Origin: Lepidodermella squamata
Taxonomy: Eukaryota > Animalia > Gastrotricha
Assembly: GCA_047495785.1 (NCBI GenBank)
Contig: JBLDXI010000016.1
Location: 496,001-560,000, forward strand
Length of the DNA stretch: 64,000 bases
Reading direction: 5' to 3'
In this document: positions 38,077-50,718 of the stretch, in pieces
How the letters are laid out: every line of letters starts with the position of its first letter
Position numbering within the stretch: the stretch's first letter is position 1
Made by a program: the position numbers and the translations under genes
Notes under the pieces: generated by a model
The model's database searches: none
What the model was told of the DNA's origin: nothing
What the model saw: the letters and a program-made list of their open reading frames with translations, nothing else

Positions 38077-41000
38077 TTAGTTGAATTCGGCAAAATACTT
38101 AAAATCCTCATCCTTGAAAACATTTCCTTCAAGCTCGGATCTAGAGGCAGAATGAAGTGGCTCATCTGGTGGGGTGAAACCCCGATTTCTCTCGGTTGAA
38201 CGTCCTAACAAGACGGGATGATACGAAGTGCGTGGATGTTGGATCGGGGGCTTGGAAGCTTCGCTCGAGATGGCGTTGCGGTTCAGTTGTAGGCGCAGGC
38301 TTCCAAATCTAGAAAAAAGCTGAGTAGCAGAAGTTGATAAATTTCTCCTGAGAGAGTCAACCTTGAAAGCAATGATTGAGATTGTTGAAATGGCGCAATA
38401 GCACAAACTGATGGCAGCAATCACTTCGAAAACGTGGGACAAGGTCATCACAGCTATGCAAACCCCAGCAGCTAGAATCAGGTAATAGGCCCTAAAGATT
38501 CTTGCACCCAGCTTGATCTCACTGTTATCGTCCGGTGGTACACAAATTATCGATACAATAACAATGTTATTGTACTGGCCAAAATACAAATAACATGCTT
38601 TTAAGATGGATTTTTTAAATTTTATTAGCCAAATTGCCCAACTCGACCACTCATCCCCTGACTAAACTAACTGAAAGAACACACATTTTCTTAACTAGTT
38701 TTGTGTTAATAAATGGACCGTGGTTTATGCTTTGAGATCTAAGAAAGAATTATGCTGCAAGTTATTCTTCTTTATTGCAGTTACTGGAATTCTAAAAATT
38801 TGCAAAACGTAATTTAATCGTGGCAAACGTCCATAGGAGAACGGAACTGAAAGAGGATATGATGAAGTCATTCAAATTTCCGTTCGACTTAGCTACTAGC
38901 ATTGGTGATCGCTCGCGTGATGATCATCCGATGGCTCCTCGCTCCTCCATCTCTTCTTCACCTAATCATCGATAGAAAGCTCGCCCAACCTCACCCGCTT
39001 CTAGAGCGCTCTTTTGATTCTATTCGCAGTTCGGGATTGAACATTAGGTAGAATGGATCGGTGTCTTCTAAAAAAACCCATTTTTAGGCGCGAAGAGCGT
39101 TGTAGTCCAACAGCAAGACCTGCAAAAAGAAACAATCTACTGCTCAGAACAGCGTACACTCTAGGTCCACTTCTTCACCTTCATCGTTTTCAGCTTCGAA
39201 GCCACGGGTTCCAATGAGGCGGGTCCTATATAAGCAATTTTCCGTGAAAACAACCGCAAAAATGATGCGTGAATTCAAACGCGAATATCAAAAAACGAAT
39301 AAACAGCAATGATTTTTGGAAAACGTTAGTGAAAATATTAGGCTGGATTTTTTAATTTTAGAAAATCACCACTGTTGTCTAGCTATCCTACCCGGTCCGG
39401 CTCGTTTTGTCCCACCGAACGATAACATACATAGTGGATTCGCGTCGAACATAACACGTTATAGTACTCCGATATTGGACTCGAGGCTGGCTCGCTTTCG
39501 CGAGCCGGACGCCTCTCGGCCAATATCGGAGTACAATAACTGCGTTATGTACTCCTTCGAATCCAATATATACTATTTTTGCCCTATTGATAATACAAGA
39601 TCTTATGCATTTAGGTAATTCTAGCTGGCCACTTACAGAATTGATTGCATAGATCAAATACGCGATTCGCAACAAGACAAGGCCATGAAGAGAACCGAGG
39701 ACTGCCAGCAGACTTTGATTGATAACGCGGTTCGCCTCTCCGAGAACACAAATCTCTCTGAACCGCTGATAGGTCGCGTCAATAGCTGATGACTCATCTT
39801 GTTCATAATGTATCTCAGTGGAAAACAGATTTTGTGAAACTGCCCCGAAGTTAAGTCCACAATTACAACAAATCCACACTATGAACAAAATTGCCCATTT
39901 CGGGTTGAATTTGGATCTCATCCTGAATGTTACGCGGTTGGAGTTCGCCCGATTAAACTTGGCTAGTATACCTGAAATTGAAATTGAGTAGCCAATAACT
40001 GCTAATGCAGTGCCAGTGGAGCATCGAACAACAAGATTTCCCAAATTATAAGGCAGGGCAAAGGTTTGGCTGATAAGAATAACGTTTCCAAGTTCGACAG
40101 CGAAATTCTCAATCGAGAAGCCCGGTAGCTGATTTATGGCTACAGGCAGCTTTTCCGACTTGATAATGCTAGCCAATATGAGTAAATTAGTGACAAGAAT
40201 AAACAGGATAGCAATCGTAGCTAAGATAATGAATGAAATCTCAGAAACCATTGGGTCTTGAATTTGGATCAAAACAAGCGAATCCTTTGGCGGTCCACCA
40301 TCCCTGGTTCGCCATTTTAATCGATCTTCATGCAAGCGAAACGATCCCCCGATATCTTCAGCAACTGCAGTTGAATTATCTGATTGCGTAAAAGAAACTG
40401 GAATGAAGCCGAGCGAATTCGTAAGCGTTTCGTTGTCGAAATCATAAGCACCAGCGAATCCGCTCACCTTCGTTCGAAGAATCACTTTTCTAGCTCTTGA
40501 AGGAGAAGCCACGACAGACGCAGAGGAAAGCTCTTTCTTACCTTTGAAGAGACTGTCCACAACCTTTCCCGTGAAGATAATCAAGTCGTAGCACATCGGT
40601 TTCCAAAAATACCAAAAAGGACTAGTCTCAGCTTGAACTATCCTTGTGGCGATCTTTCGCTCCCATTCTTGCGCAGATATCCCAGTAGTATCCTTGTAGT
40701 TTACTCCGTGAATGTCTGGCATTGACACTGATCCATATCTCAACGAACTTTTCACCACCTCATATACCATGTCTTGAGTACACCAGCGCATGGATTCGGG
40801 TATAGTGCTTAAATCGGACCATGCAAAGAATATGATTATGTAATTTGGTCCATAAAGGCCATATTTGTACAGCCAGCAGGCTTTGGCAGCACCAAAATCT
40901 ACGTGCATTGCTATTATTCGAGACTTGCTCGCTTTCAACTGAGTTACAGCCTGTTCCATCTCAACATGGTCATCTTCCACCGGGACCTTTCCAACAAAAG

Positions 41001-41763
41001 TGAGTGATCCGTTTATAGACTCGAGGTGTTTAATCAGGGAACTATCGGCCGTGTCGTAGAAGCTGGATTTTTCGGAGAGAAGAGCTATTTTTTGCCAGCC
41101 AATTTTCTTCATGAAACTCGTCAAAGGCTTCGCCAAAACTTCAGGTGGTGAACCCAAGCTGAAGGCATTGCTGTATCGTTTCTTGTTCAGAAGCATTTCC
41201 ATCGAATTGACGTTGTAGCTAATCTAGAAAGGTAGAGCAAGTTTGAAGGATTTGACTGTGGCTAAAGTGTTTACCATTGTAAAATTGAAATATTTCACGA
41301 CCTCGGCCAAAATCCGCTGCCCGATTGTTTCACAGCCCAATAGAGCTAGTATTGGAATAAGATTTTGTCTATCGTCTGTTTGCAAAAGCTTGGACGTGAT
41401 CTCTGACACGGTATCTCCCTCTGAGCACTAGAAAAGGTCCAATAAACTTAGCAAAACGCTCAGTTGTGAATGACTCACCTTGTCATCGACAAGTTCTAGA
41501 TCTAAATGATAGCCGGGAAGCCAGAGTGGGTCGGCATGAAGCTGGTCCAACGCCACTTCCATGGCCTTGGAGCAAACAGGTCCAAGGGGTAAATTGCCGG
41601 AGTAACTTATCGAGGCAAGCAATGTTAGAATCTCGCTTCGATTGCTGCTGTTTACCGTTGTGATAACGTTTGATGGCATATCGCTGTCCAGAGACACGGT
41701 AAAGTTGAGCGCGATTGTGGAGCCTGCCACAAAAAGGAGATAAAGAACGGCGTTTCTCAACAT
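38077..41763 (-). CDS. Class C GPCR D (GABA-B-like, VFT+7TM); last exon split by a TE, with a possible in-frame alternative acceptor
   Basis: Exons 41763-41479, 41427-41275, 41223-39637, then either 39583-39572 joined to 38520-38077 (ancestral) or 38574-38077 (TE-derived acceptor). GWQK, ACWL, CYDL and WRTRDGGPPKD motifs, plus TM helices. Confidence 0.8.
38524..39571. mobile_element. About 1.05-kb non-autonomous element with asymmetric sub-terminal inverted repeat and hairpin (Helentron/HINE-like layout)
   Basis: Flanked by ACT on both sides. tgttatcgtccggtgg at the left end is inverted at about 39408-39427; hairpin at 39458-39540. Removing the element restores GKNS-EIKLGARIF. Confidence 0.65.
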
Positions 41764-43043
41764 GCTACTGAACTGCTAAAGATGAGTTGAAACTTGCTCG
41801 GTGCTCGGCTGATATGCTGTTTTGAAGCTAGATTCGAGGCTTGCAGTTTATTGATCAGATCTGTGTCTCGTCAAAGTTCGAAAAACCTGTCTTTGAGCTA
41901 TAAGAGGAGGTATTTCCTGAAATGCCATGTGTTTCTGCCTAGCAAGCTAGAAACATTAGGAAATGAAAAGCTTTCCATTTAGCCTCCGATTCCGGGATAA
42001 TTCGTCATGCTTTTATGGCCGCAGACATGCTTCTCATATCACCTTCCCCCATATATAGAGAAGTTCTTCTGTTTTCTATGACTTCCCCTTCTCATTGTGA
42101 ACGGTTCCAACAAGAAAAGGAAAAGCTTCCAGGTTTTATTTTTTTTTGCATAACTACAGGAATAACAGGCGAAGTGACAGGCATATAAGGGGTAAAGGCA
42201 GGGTGCGATCATGGGCAGGGATTAAAAGAATTTTCTCCGATACCTATTTCTCGAAATTCCTTTTGATTTTAACCAAAAATAGGTGCGGGGCATGTATAGT
42301 TTGAAGAATTTCCACTTCTCTTTCAAAGGTTATGCTGACAATTCACAATACCGTGAAAATAACCATAATAACCTTACGTACTCCACCACCTCGAGGATCC
42401 TAACGTCAGCCACTTACTCAGACTCAGAATGCAGTCTACACTGCGTGCAGATACAAGAACAGTCATTCGAAAAAAACAGGAAATGATTGCGGCGACGATT
42501 TTCATTTACCACGCAATTAGCCTTACTCTTAATTCTTAGTCTTCGCTTGATGACTGCTATTTTAAAAGCCGGAAGGATTTAGTCTTATTCAACATTTATA
42601 GACAGTTGAATGCGACGCGTCTCTTTGCCTGGAAACATTTAACGAAGCTATCATAAATATGTAAAAGCAACTTGAAACTTGAATAAATCAGACAATCTTT
42701 TGAAGAAACTGCTTTCGCCACCTAAAATAGTAAAACTGAGTAAATTCCTTTTGGATTGACTTCAACCTCTAAAACTATTGCAATATGTTCTACAGTGGGA
42801 TAAGTGCTAACTAACAAAGAAATCAGAACTCATGGAGAGTTAAGATAGACAAGTGGCAAATTTCTTCTAAGATTAACTTAGGCAGAGAGGTTTGTTTTAG
42901 GTTGGAAAATGCCCACTCGTCAAACTTTCTCAGGAATACTTGACCAAAATGACTAATAACTGCGAACAAGCCTAATCAGCATCTCTTACTCTCTTACTTG
43001 AACACGCCATTGCTTTCAATGCTTTTTCAGCTTTTAAGTTGAA

Positions 43044-45568
43044 ATGATCAAATTCTATCTTCTCTTTCTTCTTGCTTGCATTCCATGTTATAGCGAGGCG
43101 AAGAAGGGTCAGGTAGATTTGAACAGCTCTATGCCAGAGTTTTTGAACTCGGGATTTGTCAAAAACCGCACGATTCCACTCACCCTGATATCGGCGATTA
43201 GCTACTCAGGCAATCTACCTCTTGGCCCTGTTTGCACCAAAGCAATGGAATTCGCCCTCGACCGCCTCCACTTAGATCCGCAATGATTGCCTGAGTACGC
43301 TCTAACAGTTAGATTAGTCGATGATGAGGTAAGTATTTGCATCAACTCGTGGAAAAAGCTTGTAAAATGTCGAATTTCAGTGCACGGAGCAAGGAACAAT
43401 TACAGGGCTGATGAAACAACTGCGCTTAGAAGATGGAAATGGCAGTCTACTTCCGATTGTAAGCCAATTAGGCTGCGAAAGGTTCGGACAGCTTGTCATG
43501 GCAGAAGCCGTTAAATACTTCGGCTTAGTACTGGTAAGACGATTTGGAAGATATTTCGTCCGAATCTTAAATCGGATATTTTCAGTTCGCATTTTGGCTG
43601 AATTCAAAGCAGGTTTTGCTCGATAGGAAACGCTACAGCAATTTTTACAGCGTTGGCTTGACCGGGGACTACATCTATGGCCCATTCACGGTTTTCTTCC
43701 AGAAAATGGGCTGGTCGTACTACTCAATCGTATCTGAAAAAGCAACCCTGTACAACATGATGGATGAAGTTATGACAGAATCGTTAGGCCGAGTTAATAT
43801 CACTTTGTTGACAATCGAAAAAGTCTCGTCACCCGAGGTATATTCCGATGAAATGGATGCCGCTTTCGCTCGAATGAAGCAAAAAAATGGCAGAATTTTC
43901 GTTGTTAACGCTGATTTCGGAGCAGCAAAAGCGTGTTGGTTCTACAAATTTGGCCTGTTCGGACCGAATTATGTCATTTTCTTCCCAACTTGGACGGATT
44001 TATCGACGATTCCTGAAAATGCATCCTGGTGCACTTCAGACATGGTCCAGAAAGTTTTAGAAGCTTCAATTTTAGTTGGTGATGTTAGCATGCCGGAAGC
44101 TTTTGGACCTGGTTACAAAGATTCAACCGGGCTTGCGACTTCTGAATGGGAAGATGAACTAAAATCGAGAATTAATGATGCTGAGAGTAGCCCTTATTGG
44201 TTCTATTGGAAATCCCCTTGTTATGACCTAATGCTGTTTACTGGGAAAATTCTTGCAACCCTAGATAAAATCGCCCGAAAAGGTTGCTCTCTATTTCAAC
44301 AAATTCTTTTCATTTTTTCTGTTTTTTTTCAGAAAATCTTACCTTGTCCGACCTAAGCAAACCTGGAATGAACATCCTTGAGCTAGCAAATGAAGCTGTA
44401 GGGAATACAGAAGTCTCAGGATTCAAGGGTGTCTTAAGGTTCAGCAATGCAACCTACATCAATAAACATGGTTACGTGCCGTTTCTCTTCGCGAAGCCAA
44501 ACGCAAATGGTTCAGCTGGCGTTTTAGCTGAGGAGAAAGCCGGCCGTTTCTCTATTCATCTGGATCACATTAGCTGGCGAACCCACGATGGGAATCCACC
44601 GAGAGATATGCTTCACGTTGAATTTGTCCAGGTTCCCCTGATTTCGCCGTTTGCTTTCGCGACTTTAACGGGTTAGAGATAGAAGCTTTTCGCGGCGTAT
44701 TTCCAATTTTTTAAAATGTTTCCCAAAAAATGTTAGGTCTGGCGATACTGGAGATTTTGTTGGTAGTTATGACGTGTTTTGTCACCCCAAATGAGAATAA
44801 ATTGCTGCGACCTGGAATCTCCACTCGGCCGAGTATTACTCGAGCGGAAATTCTCTCAGTTCTTGGATGCGTCTTGATGACGAGCCACATTTTCGCCCTA
44901 CCATTCGGAATTGAGGAGTCATATGTTGCGAATTACTCCTCTACCACTGCTCTGTTAGCACTCGGCTTGTCGGTTTCAACCTCGGGAACTTTCTTTAAAG
45001 TTGCTGCGATGCCAATTATAGAGAAATCCAGATTTGGCAAACGTTGGATTTACGAGAAATATCGAATGGAAAAAGCTGTGGCTTGGCTTTGGCTCATCGT
45101 TTGCTTCGTTTTAATCGTTGTGATACTGTCAATCGGACTTTTTGAAACAAATGATTTCCTGGCGAAGCAAATACCGTCTGCGATTGATGGCAGTTTAATC
45201 TACCAGTTTTTCTTCAGGCTTTGCGTACTGAATGAAGGGGTTGTAATTTTGCTAGCATCATTTGGTGGGCTTCATGGACTCTTCACTCTCAGAATTCTGT
45301 TCCTTTGCCACCAGCGAAATTTGGTTAGTTCAACGCGACTTTGAGCTAAGTGACAAAATTGCTGAATTCATAATGAATTGATTTGCAGAGGCTGAGCAAG
45401 AGGCAGATTGGCCACCGGTTAGCAGTCAAACTTATAGCGCTCGATTTCATCCTACTAATAGCTGGAATTGCGTGTGCCGCAATGCTGCAGCACAGCTGGT
45501 TACTTGCGATGGCAGTTGTCACTTTGCTCTTTGTTGGCGTTACTACAGCGGCTCGTTACGTTTCAAAG
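43044..45568 (+). pseudogene. Class C GPCR E (GABA-B-like, VFT+7TM) with a single premature TGA
   Basis: Exons 43044-43328, 43381-43533, 43586-44282, 44333-44671, 44737-45323, 45389-45568 are all in frame (last exon unresolved). TGA at 43284-43286 replaces the W of DPxWLP. Confidence 0.8.
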
Positions 45569-47081
45569 GTAATGCTATTTTTGTATTTCGCCGTTAATTT
45601 ATAAACAACAATTATCTTTTGTGGAAGGGGAACTTGTCTATCGATGGTGCGGACTCTGTACGGAACACTGTAGCTTCTAATTGGATAGAGGCGAGGAGTA
45701 GAATAGCAGCCGACAGGCGGGCCAAATAGAGGTGCAATTCTATAAGCATTCATCATTCGTAAATTGACTTCTGATTTCTAATAATAGGTGATCATCAAGT
45801 GTTTTCACTGTTTCTAAACCTCGTGTCACATTTTACAGAAATGGAAAAAATTTAAGATGTTTAAGAATAATATGTTAGTTGGGGAACAAATTGTTGTTAA
45901 TACTGCCGAAACCATTAAAATCTTCACCGTAAAATTTCTCTTCAAGCAAACCATGACCTTTGAAAGCCTTCATCGCAAGTCGCCCCACCTTGTAATTCAG
46001 AATGATCACAAGTTTGGTCGATTTTTAAGTACTACTTCATGTGGTGCATGCTTACACAAGGTTGTGTAGTTAAACAAAAACAAAAACATGTATATTTGAA
46101 GCCCCAGAGTACGTCGAAATCACTACGTTTTCAAGTCTACCTGTTTTAGAAATTCGCAGATAAAAGCCTTTCAAGTAATCCCCTGCCCGTCTCAATCAAC
46201 CGTTTATGGCACGACAGTGTGGGATGGCTAAAAAACAGGCGAGAGTCCTCTTTCGAACGGATGTAGGCCCGTAGAAAAATTCCACGAATTGACCAAGTGG
46301 CGGTTGAAAATTGGGTCAACATTTCTTGGACATACTGTAGTAGTTTTCATTAATCTTCGTTTTTTCATGATTCGGGTTATTTCACCACGAATAATTTCCA
46401 ATTTACACGTTTTCGTTCTGCTCATAGACACCTTAATTCATAAATATATAAAGTTGAATTTTGGTTCAAATGATATTTGTTTTGTTCATTGAATTGGTCG
46501 AAAAGTCAGGCTGTAAGCAGCGCATAAGGCTATCTATTGGCGAAAGCAGCTTAGACAAATTCCAGATGTAGAATTCGTAAACTTAGAGGCAACAAATTAT
46601 GCATACAAATCAATCAGAAGTAATTGCATTCGAAAGCTGCCTGAATCGTGACTACGTCAACCAAGCAATTTTAGTTTGATCGCCAACGAAATTTGTATTA
46701 TCAATCAGCCATTAATTTACCATCTAACACCTAATTAGTCCTCTTTAGGTATGTAATGTGGCAGGTGAGGCATGACTAATAAAGTTTCAGCCACGCGTAC
46801 GGAAAGAGGTGTTCATAACTCTTTTTTTCTATAACTCTGGAGGGTCTCGAAAGATCCCTATGAGCGGGGGCTGCGGCTTTTGAACTGATTAGCGGAATAT
46901 TACCTAGAAAAATTAGGGGCGTGGCGATGCTCGTGTACATGTTGCCAGCAAAGAGCGAATCGATTGGACAAAGCTTCCGTCAAGAGAAGAAAACAGGACA
47001 TCTACGCATCGTCAGCCTTTTAGGTCAAGCGAACTATTAAATATGCTCATAAAATGGTCAAGTAAAAGACTTTGCAAAAAC

Positions 47082-48500
47082 ATGGCGTACAAAGCTGTAG
47101 CGGAAGTTGTAACCTTGGTCATTGCTATCGTTGCCAATTCCTTCGCGATGGAAGGTGTTGTCAAGGGCGAAATTCGCCGGCGGAACTACAGGCTGTTCTT
47201 AGCGGGTCTTCTGGCCTCAGGGATTTACATCTGCGCCATGAGAGCGGTCTCTTTAGTTCGATCGGCATCATTCGGGCGCTTTGATATCGACGTCAAAGCG
47301 AACAAATGTGCTCATAGGCTGGAGCATAGTCTCGAAATGGCTGGTTATCTGTCTTTCCTGTTCAATCTATGCGGAATGTTTGCGGACCATTTCATTGGAA
47401 TCGTGAGTTGCTTTTTGAAGGCCTATAAACAATAAACAAAACGAAATTAATTTTCTTTTCTGACCAGGTTCATCCTCATGCCTATAAAAAAGCTACGAAT
47501 CACTTTATTGTGAAAAGGGCCCCATTTATCGTCGCGATTGGAGTTGTCCTAATGAGTAAGATTCGAAAATGTTTCTACCCTATCTCTGATTGGCTGTTTC
47601 TCATTAGCTATTATCGGTCATGCGCTTTTCGAGGTGATACTACCAATCGCGAACACTGAATCACAGCTGCCACGGCCACGACGAACTGTGATAGCTGTTG
47701 AGTATTCGAATTGTGACCAGACGATATTGGAAATGGTCCGGGACGCCAATTCTTTAGTGAACAGTTTCAATCATGGGGTATTTCTCATCGATCTCAGCAA
47801 CGCATCGTCTTTCAATTTCTATTTAAACGCATTCATGTCGGAATCATGCCACTTGAATACTTCGGTAGATTACCTGCTTGAAATTTATTTAAGTGCTTTT
47901 CTGCCCGTGAATGATCAAAATATTCCAGTTTCCAGTAACTGGGACTGGTGCTCCGATTTCTCTTATAGTTTATACGAAAACTCTTTCGAGTTTCTGGTTA
48001 TGCTCATCTCGTTGCTAGCTATGATTTTCATAATCATCTGCCACTTGAGCTTTCAGCGTGTTATCAGCCGGTCGAGTGGGCGCACCAGGGCCAAAATTGC
48101 GAAATTGAGCAAGACAACGCTGATTATGCTGTCAGCATTCACTGTATGCTGGACGCCGTTTGTCATCCACGAAATCGTAATGACCTATCTAGTCAAAACT
48201 TCGGACGGCTCCAGGCGGCTTGATGAGTATTGCATGATTGCCCACAACATCCTGTACGCCTGTTTCCTCTCAACGCCAATCGTAATTCCGGTTGTTTATG
48301 TCGCCAGAATTAGCGCAGTGTCTCGTTTTCTGTTGACAAAGTATCCTTGCCTCCGATTTGGGCGATTGGCGATCAACTCTCCCGAATGTCTCCCTCGGTC
48401 GAAATATCCGCTTGATGAGTTGGTAAAAATGACCGTCCCTTTCAATCAAAATCGACCCACTACGCAGCTGGATATTGTCGTTTCTCTCGCCAAGTTTTGA
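47082..48500 (+). CDS. Orphan class A (rhodopsin-like) GPCR
   Basis: Exons 47082 (or 47043)-47402, 47468-47555, 47608-48500. ADHFIGIVHP is the DRY-equivalent, FTVCWTPF is TM6, and IPVVY is the NPxxY-equivalent. Confidence 0.85.
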
Positions 48501-49198
48501 TACTTGGAAAATACCTTGAAACAAACTTCAAAAATCTGCAATCTTACCGTACTCCCTTTTCAATCAGCCTAAGATCTTAAGCTATGTGCACTGAAGATGT
48601 CGGCTGTTTAAATTGTTAGAATAGTCTAATGCAACGTTCATTTCACTTGAACCCGTGATGGCGAGGAGTTTGAAGCCAACTCTTGAAATTGGAGCTTCAA
48701 ATTTCAAATAAAACAGCAGACTTTCGGAATCTCCCAGTTGAAGATGCCCTATCCCAAAGGGTCCAGGATATGCGGCAACTGAAAGAAAATCTTGCTTGGT
48801 TGATATTTATTTTGAATGCGAAGCTAGGTTAGTAAGTGGAAATTCCTGGACAACTGGACAAAATCGCAGTTTGCTCATTACTGGTAACTTGATTTACATT
48901 TCGTTCGATACGGTCACGGGTTTTTTCGGCTAATGGAAAATCGTACTTTCAGTATTACTGAAGGCGGCGATAACTTGATTTGCGTTTCATTATAAATTAA
49001 AAACGGTCACGTGTTTTTCGGTTTATTATTACCACCTGTTTGTTTGCTTTGCAGTGCAAATTCACTGGAATTCGCCGCAATAAATGAATGCTGACGCAAT
49101 GTTTGAGGACTGCAACAAATAACGAATCAGAGTTAGGCTTTATTCGCGGGATTTCGCTGGCGTTGCTTATCCACCCGCTTGAGGCCAATTAACAAGAC

Positions 49199-50398
49199 AT
49201 GATAGCTTATTTTTTCGCTTTGAAAGTGGCAATTCTATCCATTTTACCTTTTAAAATCCTGTCGGATGAAGTAACACAGCTCGGTCGATTGAAAGAAAAA
49301 TTCGTCGAGCTATGCCCAGCAGTTCGTTCGAAGTATCTACCATTCGAGGTGGTGTATTACAACAGGCATTCAGGCCGAAGCGATGAAGACTTTCTAACAG
49401 TGAAAGCTGAGCTTTCCCTGTTCAGATTCTTAGAGATCAACGACGTGGAGCGTCGCCTCTCGATTCTAGCAGAGCTAAAATACGAATGGAGCTACCCATG
49501 CCCGAAAATTTCGTGCAAGGATCTTTTCGGGGCGGTGGATGACCCGATGTGCAACGTGACAGAGCTGCAGTTCAGCATCTCTAGCGATGAGATATGGTTT
49601 CCAATGTTGACCCACGTCAATGGCTTCTCGCAAACGCGCCCATCAGCTGACGAGGCTTCTTTTTTACCAAAACGCATCTACCCAATGACGGCACGGGTAT
49701 TCATGTCTCACTTCGCCCGCTTCGACTCGATCTGCAAAACATTTCAATTCAGCCACTTCCCGTTTGACACAATCAATTGTTCACTTATGATGACTTCGAA
49801 TGATCCTATGATCAGGTATTACCCCTACGAAATGACTGTCGACAATGGGTCTTCAGCAATTTTTATACGAGATACCGAGATATGGGAGTTGCTGGGCACT
49901 CGTCCTTTCATTGTCATGCTAAGCTCCTCTGGAAGTGAGCTTCAAACCCCCCGAATTCATTTTTCTATGCTTTTCCGCCGCAAGCCGAATTTTTACATTT
50001 GCAACATGTTGCTACCGACGATTTTACTCTTTGTTGTATTGATCGTCTCGCTGTTTGCTCATCCGGATTCTGGCGAGAGATCAAATCTATGCATGACGGT
50101 TATGCTGACGTACGCAGTCATTTTGACAATGATTTATGAGCAGATACCGCGAACTTCCGAGCCTGTCTATTTGGTATACATGGTCGTGACGAAATTTGTA
50201 TGCGGAGCTGTGATAACAATTTACATGCTGATCGCGTGGTTCTACACTACGTCAGCCTCATGCGGAAGTGACGCTGAGCTGGATAAATCTTCTCGTTTAA
50301 CCAAGGTTCGAATCGGAGACATGATTGTAGCAATAGCGGCATCTGTTACAGTTGCTGTATCGGATACAGTTTATTTTTGTTTAATGATGAGTAATTAG
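49199..50398 (+). CDS. Intronless pentameric ligand-gated (Cys-loop) ion channel subunit, nAChR/5-HT3-like, predicted cation-selective
   Basis: 399-aa ORF; signal peptide; IWFP; C..FPFD..C loop; RRKPNFY pre-M1; DSGER before M2; IPRTS M2-M3 loop; four TM segments. Confidence 0.93.
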   Translation: MIAYFFALKVAILSILPFKILSDEVTQLGRLKEKFVELCPAVRSKYLPFEVVYYNRHSGRSDEDFLTVKAELSLFRFLEINDVERRLSILAELKYEWSYPCPKISCKDLFGAVDDPMCNVTELQFSISSDEIWFPMLTHVNGFSQTRPSADEASFLPKRIYPMTARVFMSHFARFDSICKTFQFSHFPFDTINCSLMMTSNDPMIRYYPYEMTVDNGSSAIFIRDTEIWELLGTRPFIVMLSSSGSELQTPRIHFSMLFRRKPNFYICNMLLPTILLFVVLIVSLFAHPDSGERSNLCMTVMLTYAVILTMIYEQIPRTSEPVYLVYMVVTKFVCGAVITIYMLIAWFYTTSASCGSDAELDKSSRLTKVRIGDMIVAIAASVTVAVSDTVYFCLMMSN

Positions 50399-50718
50399 CA
50401 TCAAGTAATATGTTTCCTCTTTCCTGGAGAAAGGACGAAAACTCTCGAGAAATAACTGGACCGTAATCTTTAAAAATAAATCGTTTTCAATGTACTGTAA
50501 TCTAGACGGAAGACAAGAAAAGTTCGTACTAATCGGGCTTATAACAGCTGAGCAGATTTTGTTTGATACGAGCCTAATAATCTGCCTACGTAAAAAGTAA
50601 ATAAGTCCCTTGGCACGTTGAGGTTGACCCATGTTCCGTGTGGTACTGGGGCCTTATCTATATCTGATGGGTTTTATTAGGTTCCCACAACGATAATTTG
50701 CCGTCAGTGCGGTGAAAA

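Noticed and set aside
18321-43286. Stop-codon reassignment (TGA/TAG = Trp)
   Set aside because: TGG is used normally, and TGA and TAG end intact genes here (SPDRR copies 1-3, GPCR F).
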